Shown here one piece after another: positions 49,267 through 61,316 of a DNA stretch of 64,000 nt. Origin of the DNA: Sedimentisphaerales bacterium. Its GTDB lineage: Bacteria; Planctomycetota; Phycisphaerae; Sedimentisphaerales; SM23-30. The translations under genes were made by a program, and so were the position numbers. How positions within the stretch are numbered: the stretch's first letter is position 1; each line of letters opens with the position of its first letter. The notes below the pieces were generated by a model. That model did not search any database. It saw nothing but the letters and a program-made list of their open reading frames with translations, and was not told where the DNA came from. The stretch is from assembly GCA_963666285.1 (NCBI GenBank), contig OY762711.1, one strand, 5' to 3'.

Positions 49267-51051
49267 TTAGTTCAACTTGTATTTAGGATATCGCCCTCGC
49301 CAGCTTGGCCCCTTAAATGATTTAATAGTTCTGAGATATCTAAAATCTTCTGTATCCATTTGATTATACGATTTGTAAATGCTGCTGTTAAACCCCTTAT
49401 GATTCAGCAATTGTGTTTGTGTTTTTTTAATGTCCGGCAGGAAGTTATTCCATCCGCCCGCATCGGCATTTTCTATTATCCAATCTACAGTTGATAACGC
49501 AGATTCGTAGTTGTCCAAATTCTGGTATAATTGAACCAAGTCATTTGCACATGCAAAATGCTGCCAGCATGGCGGGGTTTCATTATTGATTTTACCGACT
49601 AGTATATTAAACTGTTTGGTTTTTAGCTCTAACAGTTCTTTATTAAGCATAATGTTTTTCGTTCTTATGAAGTTCCCTTTATCATCAAGAGAGGTATACA
49701 CTGTTGGTTCCAGGGTTTGTATTGATTCTACTAATTCATCAATAATGTCAGCATTGTGTTGGTCTCTTTCGTATGCTATTTCACATAAGACTCTTGCCAT
49801 ATATCCATATTGATACGATTCATGTGACAATAAACCGCCAACCATCCAAAACTTATCTCTTAGCAGCTGCGCTATATATAACAGTTCAGTTTCAGGCAGA
49901 CTTTCATAGTCAATAGCTAACTGGATTTGTTCTAGAATATCTTGCCTGACAGTATGGTATTTTGGCCATTGTTGTTGTATTCTGTCTTGATCCAATAATA
50001 ACTCTTCTAATTTGTCTGTATTATTACTCGGCATAAATTCACGGATGTCGGTATTTGCGAGTGTTTCAATTTTTTCGCTGGCACTATTATCATAAATTAA
50101 ATATGTAAGTCCGATTTCGTCAAGATATGACAAATCTAATGGTTCAACTTTTTGGGGTTTTGCCAGATTTTTCTTGACCGAAGACTTTTTAATCAAATGG
50201 TAATTATCAGGAATTACCGGCGTAAAATCTTTTGCTGTAAATACTGGATTCCATTGAAATTCACACATAACGTAATTGACAACTGGACCATTATTAATCT
50301 TGTAGTTTGTTTCTACTAAAAAAGGCAATTCTGTTTTAACGTCAATCCATAGAGTTGATTCATAGTAATCATACCTGTTTTTTGAATTATTATTTGCCGA
50401 CGATGATAAATGTATGCCTTCAACTACATTTCCATCAATAACCTTTCGGCCAATATTCAAATGTTCACTTTTGCTGTAATTGTCAATTATGTATCTTGGA
50501 GCAAACCAGTCCATACTATCACTATCCCAATCCTCCTGCCGATAATGATTCATTAAGTGACTGATAACATAGAATTTATTTGTTTGCCTAAGAAAATATG
50601 ACTGTCCTGATAGATTATCATCATGATAACTTTCAGTCTTCTTTCCAAACTCTTTGCTATAATACTTTTCTTTTATGTATTTCAGTTTAATTTCTGCACT
50701 TTCCGGCTTTAGTCTTTCATGTGTTTCTGTGCGATACTCTTTGTAAGAATAAGATTCAATATTACCTATTTTTGTAAAGACATCTGCCCAGGCGATAGTA
50801 GCACCATCCGGTGATACGCCATTATGGTTAAAGGTAATGATCAGGGCGATAAGAATAACCGCGGCGGCGGCCATTTTGGTAAGGTTTAGTTTCATGAGCT
50901 TACTCCATTTTTTGTCGCCGGTCGACTGGATGGGAGTATTTAGTATAGCCTGTTTTGCGTTTTCGATATTAGCCCTGGCTTTTTGGTCGCTGATCTCAAA
51001 ATTACCGATCTCATTTAAACAATCTATGATATATTTTTCATCTTTATGCAC
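49267..51051 (-). CDS. Putative anti-sigma factor (cassette 4)
   Basis: Same TM hinge; LWIDVKTELP; FTPVIPDNY; extra helical C-terminal domain; likely GTG start overlapping the sigma end. Confidence 0.8.
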   Translation of the reverse strand: MHKDEKYIIDCLNEIGNFEISDQKARANIENAKQAILNTPIQSTGDKKWSKLMKLNLTKMAAAAVILIALIITFNHNGVSPDGATIAWADVFTKIGNIESYSYKEYRTETHERLKPESAEIKLKYIKEKYYSKEFGKKTESYHDDNLSGQSYFLRQTNKFYVISHLMNHYRQEDWDSDSMDWFAPRYIIDNYSKSEHLNIGRKVIDGNVVEGIHLSSSANNNSKNRYDYYESTLWIDVKTELPFLVETNYKINNGPVVNYVMCEFQWNPVFTAKDFTPVIPDNYHLIKKSSVKKNLAKPQKVEPLDLSYLDEIGLTYLIYDNSASEKIETLANTDIREFMPSNNTDKLEELLLDQDRIQQQWPKYHTVRQDILEQIQLAIDYESLPETELLYIAQLLRDKFWMVGGLLSHESYQYGYMARVLCEIAYERDQHNADIIDELVESIQTLEPTVYTSLDDKGNFIRTKNIMLNKELLELKTKQFNILVGKINNETPPCWQHFACANDLVQLYQNLDNYESALSTVDWIIENADAGGWNNFLPDIKKTQTQLLNHKGFNSSIYKSYNQMDTEDFRYLRTIKSFKGPSWRGRYPKYKLN

Positions 51052-51580
51052 TTTTGCTACCCTCCTTTTTTATTGGGGTAGAGTTTATTTTTGATACGAT
51101 ATCACGCAGTTTTGCGATAGCTTTTGAACATGTCGAGCGCAAATGGCTTGCTTTTTTGTCCAGTCGAACAGCGATCTGGTCATAGGTTAACTGTTCTACA
51201 TAATGTAAGTAAATAACGTTTCGGTCCAACTCTTTCAAACCAGATATTGAGTCAAGAACATGTTCGAGCTGCTCATTTTTGATTATTTTGTCAATAACCG
51301 ATGAGCTTTGGTCGCATATTTCAGCGGCATTATCCAAAGTCACAGTCTGGATTTTTCGTTTTCTACGCCAGTCAAACGCGAGGTTTGCTGCCGAACGCCA
51401 GGCATAGGCATACGGGTTATCCGCTTTTTCTATGCCTTTGGTACTTACCAGTTTGACAAATAAATCCTGCAGCAGATCGCCCGCGGTATGTTCGCAGCGA
51501 GTAATCCGCCCGAGCATACGGTGCAGGGATGAGCCATGCTCATCTAACAGGTTCATAACTAATTGCCGGCGTTTTTCCAA
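51044..51580 (-). CDS. ECF sigma-70 factor (cassette 4)
   Basis: TTG start with AAGGA SD; AGDLLQDLF, NLAFDWRR, LTYDQIA. Confidence 0.9.
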   Translation of the reverse strand: MEKRRQLVMNLLDEHGSSLHRMLGRITRCEHTAGDLLQDLFVKLVSTKGIEKADNPYAYAWRSAANLAFDWRRKRKIQTVTLDNAAEICDQSSSVIDKIIKNEQLEHVLDSISGLKELDRNVIYLHYVEQLTYDQIAVRLDKKASHLRSTCSKAIAKLRDIVSKINSTPIKKEGSKSA

Positions 51581-51704
51581 GAAATTTCCTTCTTATTCGA
51601 GGTTTGTATCCTCATATGTCTGTTTTCGTTGGCCTTCATATAGACTGACGCATCTAATATACATTGCGCACCTGAAATTTACACTTATTTATTCGTTTAA
51701 ATAT

Positions 51705-51736
51705 AAAAAGCCCGCAAGAGGGAGTGCTGCGGGCCT
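51705..51736 (-). terminator. Terminator of cassette 5
   Basis: aaaaagcccgcaagagggagtgctgcgggc. Confidence 0.8.
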
Positions 51737-51757
51737 AAAAATTGGTTCTATTATATC

Positions 51758-51920
51758 AGGCAACTTCTGAAAATTCATTTTGAGCGACAAGTTTTTCTTT
51801 TGCCTGCTGACATGCGTCACATAAAACAGTGAATATAGCACAATATGCACGGTTTCACGTTCCTTGGCAGCAAATAAAATCTTAAACTATCGAATCAGGA
51901 GCAATTTCCAGAGGTCTCCT
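51758..51920 (+). mobile_element. Diverged full-length MITE-like element between the anti-sigma stop codon and its terminator
   Basis: aggcaacttctgaaaattcattttgagcga...gaatatagcacaatatgcac...gcaatttccagaggtctcct; same length as the other full copies. Confidence 0.8.
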
Positions 51921-53725
51921 TATTGTTTATTTTGAATAATATATTGCGGGTCGAACAGAGTATCGTCAATCTCTGGATTTTCGATTATGGTTATGAACTT
52001 GTCCGGTTTGAGATCATAGTTATAATCACAGTCGTAAATCATATCGTTAAATTGTTTTTCGGCTATTATAGTTGCATACCATTGGCCAGTGCTGGTATTT
52101 TTATATTTTTTCATTTCAGTAATGATAAAATATTGATCACTGTAACCATTATTATCCGTAACATCTTTAAGCCAGTCTTTATCCTGCTGCCATTGTCCAT
52201 CTTTTTTGTATTCTAGTACTTTTCGATGGCAAATATAATCTTTTGATGGATCAAGGTAGTATTTACTTCGTAATGGATGGTATATTATTTTTCCTTTGTA
52301 GCTATTTCCATTTTCAAGGCTTTGTATGCAAATGAAGTTATTATTAAGGCTATAACTATCTTCTATAACAGACAATTTTATTCTATGATCGCTGTCTTCT
52401 AATATTTGGTCTGGCCAGTATTGCATAACAATGTCAATCCATGGTTCGTGTTTATAGCCCGGTAGTTTAGAAAGTTCTTTTTTATGACTTAATATCCAGT
52501 TATTGTTTGTAAGGTCTTGTAAGTTTGATTTATTTTCCAGTTCGTAACTATATACTTCATCGAATATTTCTATGTTATCAGTGTAATATCTAAATTTACC
52601 GATTTCTTTAGCTGTTTTGACAATATAATTGTAATCATACAGTGTGTTTTCTCTAAAAAGAATGTCGTCAATATTTTCAGGAGTCGGTTCTGGTGTATAA
52701 ATATCATCTATACGAACTTTTTTACCGGAATGGTAGATCATGTAATATCTATATGTCTTTTCTTTTATTATTGTTACTCTTTTATCTGGGAATGCATCTC
52801 TGGCATTACGATATTTATCTAGTTTTTCCAGTAGCTGATCGTTAGTGTTATCTATAATATTTGCATCAATGGGAACTCCGAGGTTGTATATGTCATTTGG
52901 CCCGTTTGAGGGATAGTCAAATGCTATTGTGATATCGGTTACTGAGTCTGAGTTGTCTGCATATATTGCCAGTTCGCTAAGAAGATTTATGGTTTGATTT
53001 ATCTTAATTTTTATAATAGCTTTTTTGCATATTGTTGCTGCGTTTTCTTTGCGGATGGCAGTATGTGTTATTTCGACAAATTTCTGCCCGTTAATTGTTG
53101 ATTCAGTGTTTTTAGTTTCTATGTCGAAATTAATAGGTTCCAGCATTGCAACAATCATTTCTACAAAAGTCTCGGTAAATTCTGCTGGATTTCCCGGCAT
53201 TGCTGCAAAGGCGTTACTGGTAGAGATATAATTGCTAACTGTTATAGTATTGCTGTCAGGAGCGTATTGGTATTTGATGTGATCTTTTTTGAATGAGACG
53301 CTATTGTCATATTTTGTTTCTGATTCAATATTTAGTGGCTTGGAATACCAGAATTCTTTATTTTCGTTTATGTCTGGTGATGAAGTGCGGCAGTGAATCC
53401 ACATGGCATTAGACATGTTGTCAATGGATTTCATTACATCGGCCCAGGCAATCGTCGCGCCATCGGGTGATGCTCCATTATAGCTGAAAGTCAGTATAAG
53501 TGCGATTAGTATTACCGCCGCGGCAGCGAGTTTGAAAAGGTTATTCTTCATGATAAATCTCCATTTGGCCGCAGGGATGCTGCGGTTTTTGGTTTTCGAT
53601 TGAAACCGGCAAACAGAATCCGGGTGGGCCTGCTGCCATTTGTCAAAATCGAACTTCAGCTCGTTACGGCCGAATGTACTGGAGATGAGTTCGTCAAAAT
53701 TGTCATGTCTATCGGAAGGATTCAT
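51920..53725 (-). CDS. Putative anti-sigma factor (cassette 5)
   Basis: FDFDKWQQAHP cytoplasmic domain; KLAAAAVILIAL...SPDGATIAWADV; AT-rich large extracytoplasmic region. Confidence 0.8.
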   Translation of the reverse strand: MNPSDRHDNFDELISSTFGRNELKFDFDKWQQAHPDSVCRFQSKTKNRSIPAAKWRFIMKNNLFKLAAAAVILIALILTFSYNGASPDGATIAWADVMKSIDNMSNAMWIHCRTSSPDINENKEFWYSKPLNIESETKYDNSVSFKKDHIKYQYAPDSNTITVSNYISTSNAFAAMPGNPAEFTETFVEMIVAMLEPINFDIETKNTESTINGQKFVEITHTAIRKENAATICKKAIIKIKINQTINLLSELAIYADNSDSVTDITIAFDYPSNGPNDIYNLGVPIDANIIDNTNDQLLEKLDKYRNARDAFPDKRVTIIKEKTYRYYMIYHSGKKVRIDDIYTPEPTPENIDDILFRENTLYDYNYIVKTAKEIGKFRYYTDNIEIFDEVYSYELENKSNLQDLTNNNWILSHKKELSKLPGYKHEPWIDIVMQYWPDQILEDSDHRIKLSVIEDSYSLNNNFICIQSLENGNSYKGKIIYHPLRSKYYLDPSKDYICHRKVLEYKKDGQWQQDKDWLKDVTDNNGYSDQYFIITEMKKYKNTSTGQWYATIIAEKQFNDMIYDCDYNYDLKPDKFITIIENPEIDDTLFDPQYIIQNKQ

Positions 53726-54258
53726 TTTTCACCCTCCTTATCTATGGTTTTCTTCAGTGTGTTTTCGAGTTTCTTTCGAATTCTGCATAATTTTGCATTT
53801 ACAGCAGCCGGTGTCATTCCGGCGATTTCAGCGATCTGGTCGTGAGATAGATTCGCAAAGTATCTGAGCATAACCAGTTCGCGAGATTTCTCCGGCAGTT
53901 TCAATATTGCCTTGTGCAGATCGTCATGCAGGGCAGTATCTTTGCTTTCTGGTGCTGCTAACTGCCCGGCATCTTCGATTGCTGCTGTTCGTTTTTGCTG
54001 CCGGGCTATGTTTATCGCGGTATTGCGGCATATAGTCTTGAGCCAGCCGGTGAATTTCTCCGGTTTTCGCAGGTCGGGCAGCTTCTCCAGGGCACGGGCG
54101 TACGCTTCCTGCACGGTATCTTCTGCCAGATGCCGGTCATGCAAGATGCAGTAAGCAATTGCCGCCATTGCCGGGTAATAACGCTCACACAGCATGCCGA
54201 AGCTTGCCAGATCACCTTTTATCGCCGATTCTACTTGTTTTACCTGTTCGAGCTCTAT
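53722..54258 (-). CDS. ECF sigma-70 factor (cassette 5), probable non-canonical ATA start
   Basis: Frame is open upstream of ATG 54195: IELEQVKQVESAIKGDLASFGMLCERY; ATA at 54258 with GGAG 7 nt upstream gives 178 aa, like its neighbours. Confidence 0.85.
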   Translation of the reverse strand: MELEQVKQVESAIKGDLASFGMLCERYYPAMAAIAYCILHDRHLAEDTVQEAYARALEKLPDLRKPEKFTGWLKTICRNTAINIARQQKRTAAIEDAGQLAAPESKDTALHDDLHKAILKLPEKSRELVMLRYFANLSHDQIAEIAGMTPAAVNAKLCRIRKKLENTLKKTIDKEGEK

Positions 54259-54412
54259 TCGATTGCTCCGTTTGTCAATATTATTGTTTCTACCATATAG
54301 ACAAGTGATGCTGTAAATATGATCGCAAAAAATATATATAAATCACGAAAAAGCAATTTTAGTTATAAGTGTCTTAGTTTCAAGTATTAATAGTAGAAGG
54401 TTTCATGTGTAT

Positions 54413-54442
54413 TTGACATATTGGTTTAAATGTACTTAGAAT
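54413..54442 (+). promoter_or_regulatory. Sigma70-type promoter
   Basis: TTGACA-N18-TAGAAT about 50 nt upstream of 54492. Confidence 0.55.
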
Positions 54443-54491
54443 AACTAATGTAGTCTGTATTTGCATACTATTATTTGAAAGTGGGGCTATT

Positions 54492-55562
54492 ATGAAGTGT
54501 GTTTGTAGATTATTTGTCGGTCTTATACTGGTATTTGGGAACCTGGATGCAGGTCAGGTCTTTTTGAATGACGGTGATCACCACTTGGTTGATGATGATC
54601 GGTATGATGGTGATGATGTATTTCTGGATGACGGTGTTTCTGTATATCCAGGTACTCATCTTGAACTGGAATCTCCAGGTGTAATAGGCGGGTTTGTTGT
54701 TGGTTATAATAACAGCAGGATAACTATTACAAGTGGCGGGCTAAGCGGAGTTTCAGCAAAAGGAAATTGTAAGGCGGTTATTAATGATGGGATAGTTGCA
54801 TTGGCAGCTCACGTTGATGATTCTGCAGAATTAAGGATTAACGGTGGAACAATTGGTGGAATGAGTGGAGAAGGTGTTGAAGCCTGGAATAATGGCTATG
54901 CCGACATTCATGGTGGATCACTTCATGGTCTGTTGCGAACATGGGGTGATGGATTTATCGAACTGCATGGAGCTTTTAGTGTTGATGGAAATGTTCTTTC
55001 GAATTACGAAAGTTTACGAAATTACGGTACATTAGTGGCAACTGCTGATGGGGAGTGGCAAACCGGCATTGTTACCGGCAGGCTTGCAGATGGTACGATA
55101 ATTGAAAGCGAATACTTTATAATGGTGTTCAATTATTGGGGGCCAACGTCAAATGGTGATATTGTTGTATATATAGAGCCGCTAATAAGCAGTGTTGTTC
55201 CCGATGGAGGAGAGGTATTTGTTGCCGGAGATCAGGCTGAGATCAAGTGGTACTGTAAGGCTGGAATTGAGACGGTCAAATTGGAATATTCTGCAGACTT
55301 TGGCCAAACGTGGTTTGATATTGCATCAGTTCCAGCGTCAGATATGTCATATTTCTGGACAATTCCTCAAATTAACTCTCAATTTTGTCTCATAAGAATA
55401 TCTGATTTTGAAGTTCCATTTATAAGCTCAGTAAGTGGCGATTCTTTTACAATATATATATGTCCGCTGGATTCTGATTTGACAGGTGATTGTAAGGTAA
55501 ATATGCAGGATCTGGCAGTATTTGTTAGTGAATGGCTAATTGATGCCAATCCGTTTCAATAG
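54492..55562 (+). CDS. Secreted protein: Gly-rich beta-repeat region, Ig-like domain, dockerin-like C-terminus
   Basis: Signal peptide; repeated I.GG.I/L units; PDGGEVF..G....IKW...LEYS.D.G.TW; DLTGDCKVNMQDLA...WL. Confidence 0.75.
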   Translation: MKCVCRLFVGLILVFGNLDAGQVFLNDGDHHLVDDDRYDGDDVFLDDGVSVYPGTHLELESPGVIGGFVVGYNNSRITITSGGLSGVSAKGNCKAVINDGIVALAAHVDDSAELRINGGTIGGMSGEGVEAWNNGYADIHGGSLHGLLRTWGDGFIELHGAFSVDGNVLSNYESLRNYGTLVATADGEWQTGIVTGRLADGTIIESEYFIMVFNYWGPTSNGDIVVYIEPLISSVVPDGGEVFVAGDQAEIKWYCKAGIETVKLEYSADFGQTWFDIASVPASDMSYFWTIPQINSQFCLIRISDFEVPFISSVSGDSFTIYICPLDSDLTGDCKVNMQDLAVFVSEWLIDANPFQ

Positions 55563-55576
55563 CGGATTTTGCACAT

Positions 55577-55610
55577 AAAAAAAGCCCGGCAGAGTTACCT
55601 ACCGGGCTTT
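55577..55610. terminator. Bidirectional terminator
   Basis: aaagcccgg/ccgggcttt stem between convergent genes. Confidence 0.8.
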
Positions 55611-55633
55611 GAGATTATGTTATATGATGGCTG

Positions 55634-58864
<3,231 letters not shown>

Positions 58865-59164
58865 TCATTTTGCATTTCAACGATAATTCTTGATATCCAG
58901 CAGTGGTAGTACCACCACTGCTGTTTGAACTCTATATTATTGTCAAGATAGCGATAGTTTCAAGTGGAAAAGCGGTTTGAATGGATTATGGATGTATTAT
59001 TTTGATTTTACCAGGTACAATTATTATTATGAAGAGCAGTGCATAAAATTGTCCATTTTTTTATAGACATTCATATGGTTTGAGTTATTATTAATCTTTT
59101 AATAATATATGTTTATGACTTTGTAAGTGTAAAAAGGCACTTTTGTAGAAAGATTGTTAGAAAT

Positions 59165-59725
59165 ATGGCAAAATATATTATCTCAATAACGGCAGCAGAC
59201 CGATCAGGTATAATTGCAGGTGTCAGTACCGCATTAGTACAGATGCAGGGTAGTATTACCGCAGCCAGTCAGACAGTGCATCAGGGATATTTTGCGATGA
59301 TTATCCTCTGTGAAATAGAAGGTGATTTTGGCAAAGATATTATTTCTGACAAGATTATGAAGCAATTTAACTTCGAGGTTCATGTTTATGTGACCGAATA
59401 TGCACCGGTTAAATCTGCCCAGAAAAATTCTGCTGATAATTATATTGTTACAGTTCTTGGCCCTGATAAGCCGGGCATTTTGAATAAAGTAGCTACTCTT
59501 ATGGCAGAACGAAAGATTAATGTAGAGGATTTATACTGCTACACTAACGAGAATAAAGAATTTGTAGTTATTTTCCAGGTTTCTATTCCAGATCCAAGGA
59601 CATTTGGCGTGGTTCAGGAACAGTTAAATGACATGAAACGTCAGATAAATGTGAATATTAACATCCAGCATGAAGATATCTTTATTGCAACAAGCGAAGT
59701 CAGCTTAAGAAAACAGTTTAGTTAG
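59165..59725 (+). CDS. Tandem ACT-domain protein (GcvR-like)
   Basis: DRSGIIAGVS and GPDKPGIL ACT motifs; QHEDIF tail. Confidence 0.85.
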   Translation: MAKYIISITAADRSGIIAGVSTALVQMQGSITAASQTVHQGYFAMIILCEIEGDFGKDIISDKIMKQFNFEVHVYVTEYAPVKSAQKNSADNYIVTVLGPDKPGILNKVATLMAERKINVEDLYCYTNENKEFVVIFQVSIPDPRTFGVVQEQLNDMKRQINVNINIQHEDIFIATSEVSLRKQFS

Positions 59726-59749
59726 CAATATAAAAGAAGAGGATTAATA

Positions 59750-61120
59750 ATGTTACGAACAGAAGATATACTGTCAACTATCCGGATGCTTCAGAGCGAA
59801 AACCTTGATGTCCGTGCTGTAACTATGGGTATAGACTTGAATGACTGCTGCGGTCCGGATATCGATCAGGTTTGTGATAAAGTCAAAGCCAAGATAGCGT
59901 CACGCGGACGATCGCTGGTTAAGGTGTGTAACGAAGTTGGTTCAAAATACCAGATTCCTATAGTAAATAAACGACTGGCGATTTCCCCGGTAAGTATATT
60001 GCTGGAAGGTCATGACAATTCAGCACCATTGAAAATTGCCAGGGCCCTGGATGAAGTGGTAGAGCAAATAGGTGTTGATCTTGTTGGCGGGTTCAGTGCC
60101 CTGGTAGAACGCGGTAAGACGCCGGGCCAGAATTTACTGATTAAGTCGCTTCCCCAGGTATTGAGTGAGACCAAAAGGGTATGTTCTTCTATAAATGTTG
60201 CAACAAGTAAAGCCGGCATAAATATGGATGTTGTTGCAGAGCTTGGTCATGTGATTAAAGATATTGCCGCTTCCAGTGCAGACCAGAGAGGTTTCGGTTG
60301 TGCCAAGCTGGTGGTATTTGCCAATATACCTTCTGATAACCCGTTTATGGCTGGTGCATATCTTGGCAGCGGCCAGGGCGATTGTGTGTTAAATATAGGC
60401 GTAAGCGGTCCCGGGGTAGTTAAGTCTGCATTAGAGCGGGCCAAGGCTGACCCGAATATTACACTAGATAAGCTGGCAGAGCAAATTAAGCTGACAGCTT
60501 TCAGAGTGACACGTGTTGGTGAGCTTATAGGCCGTGAGGTTGCCGATATTCTAGGTGTGCGTTTTGGAATTGTGGATCTGTCCCTGGCACCGACACCACA
60601 GGTGGGTGATAGTATCGGCGAAATTTTCAATGTACTAGGCATAAAGTCTGTTGGTGCCCCCGGCAGTACAGCGGCATTGGCGATGCTTAATGATGCAGTT
60701 AAGAAGGGCGGTTTATTTGCCAGCAGTTCCGTCGGTGGGCTAAGCGGTGCGTTTATACCAGTGCTTGAAGATTCAAACCTGGCCCAGGCTGCTCGAGACG
60801 GAAGCCTTTCGCTGGCGAAACTTGAAGCAATGACTTGTGTTTGTTCGGTTGGCCTGGATATGGTTGTGCTGCCGGGCGATATTGCCCCGGAAACGATTAG
60901 TGCTATTATTGCTGACGAGATGGCAATTGGGATGATTAATAATAAGACGACCGCTGCCAGGCTGATTCCTGTTCCGGGCATGAAAGCAGGTGAAGAGGTA
61001 GAGTTTGGCGGGTTGTTTGGAGCCGGTCCAGCTATCGAAGTGCCCGGTGACGGCATGGCCAAGGAATTTATCCGTTCAGGAGGTTACATACCTGCGCCGG
61101 TGCATAGCCTGAGGAACTAG
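59750..61120 (+). CDS. PFL-like DUF711 (UPF0210) family protein
   Basis: LDVRAVTMGI, PIVNKR, DNPFMAGA, GVSGPGVV, KLEAMTCVCSVGLDM, IPAPVHSLRN. Confidence 0.92.
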   Translation: MLRTEDILSTIRMLQSENLDVRAVTMGIDLNDCCGPDIDQVCDKVKAKIASRGRSLVKVCNEVGSKYQIPIVNKRLAISPVSILLEGHDNSAPLKIARALDEVVEQIGVDLVGGFSALVERGKTPGQNLLIKSLPQVLSETKRVCSSINVATSKAGINMDVVAELGHVIKDIAASSADQRGFGCAKLVVFANIPSDNPFMAGAYLGSGQGDCVLNIGVSGPGVVKSALERAKADPNITLDKLAEQIKLTAFRVTRVGELIGREVADILGVRFGIVDLSLAPTPQVGDSIGEIFNVLGIKSVGAPGSTAALAMLNDAVKKGGLFASSSVGGLSGAFIPVLEDSNLAQAARDGSLSLAKLEAMTCVCSVGLDMVVLPGDIAPETISAIIADEMAIGMINNKTTAARLIPVPGMKAGEEVEFGGLFGAGPAIEVPGDGMAKEFIRSGGYIPAPVHSLRN

Positions 61121-61316
61121 AGCATTTTAATCTGATGCAAATATTGGAATGATTTATTTAACTAATTAAGTGGCAGTATTTTAACGTTCTGTGAGATGCA
61201 ATCGTTTTGCTGACATTATTTTATTTTTTGTCTAATATCATGTTTTTGTTATAATTATAAAGATAGTTTGTAATTATTAACAAATAAAGATTCAAACATT
61301 TAATGTGAGGTGAAAG

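Noticed and set aside
40271..54258. Diversity-generating retroelement, integron or shufflon explanation for the cassette array
   Set aside because: No reverse transcriptase, integrase or invertase in the window; hinge mismatches are not adenine-specific; no attC-like GTTRRRY boundaries; repeats are direct rather than inverted.
54340..54365. Seventh MITE remnant (cacgaaaaagcaattttag)
   Set aside because: Only about 12 nt match in AT-rich DNA; could be chance.
60247..61062. 271-aa antisense ORF, plus the many other 60-190 aa shadow ORFs overlapping called genes
   Set aside because: They lie opposite or within well-supported genes and show no recognisable motifs, as expected of codon-bias shadows.
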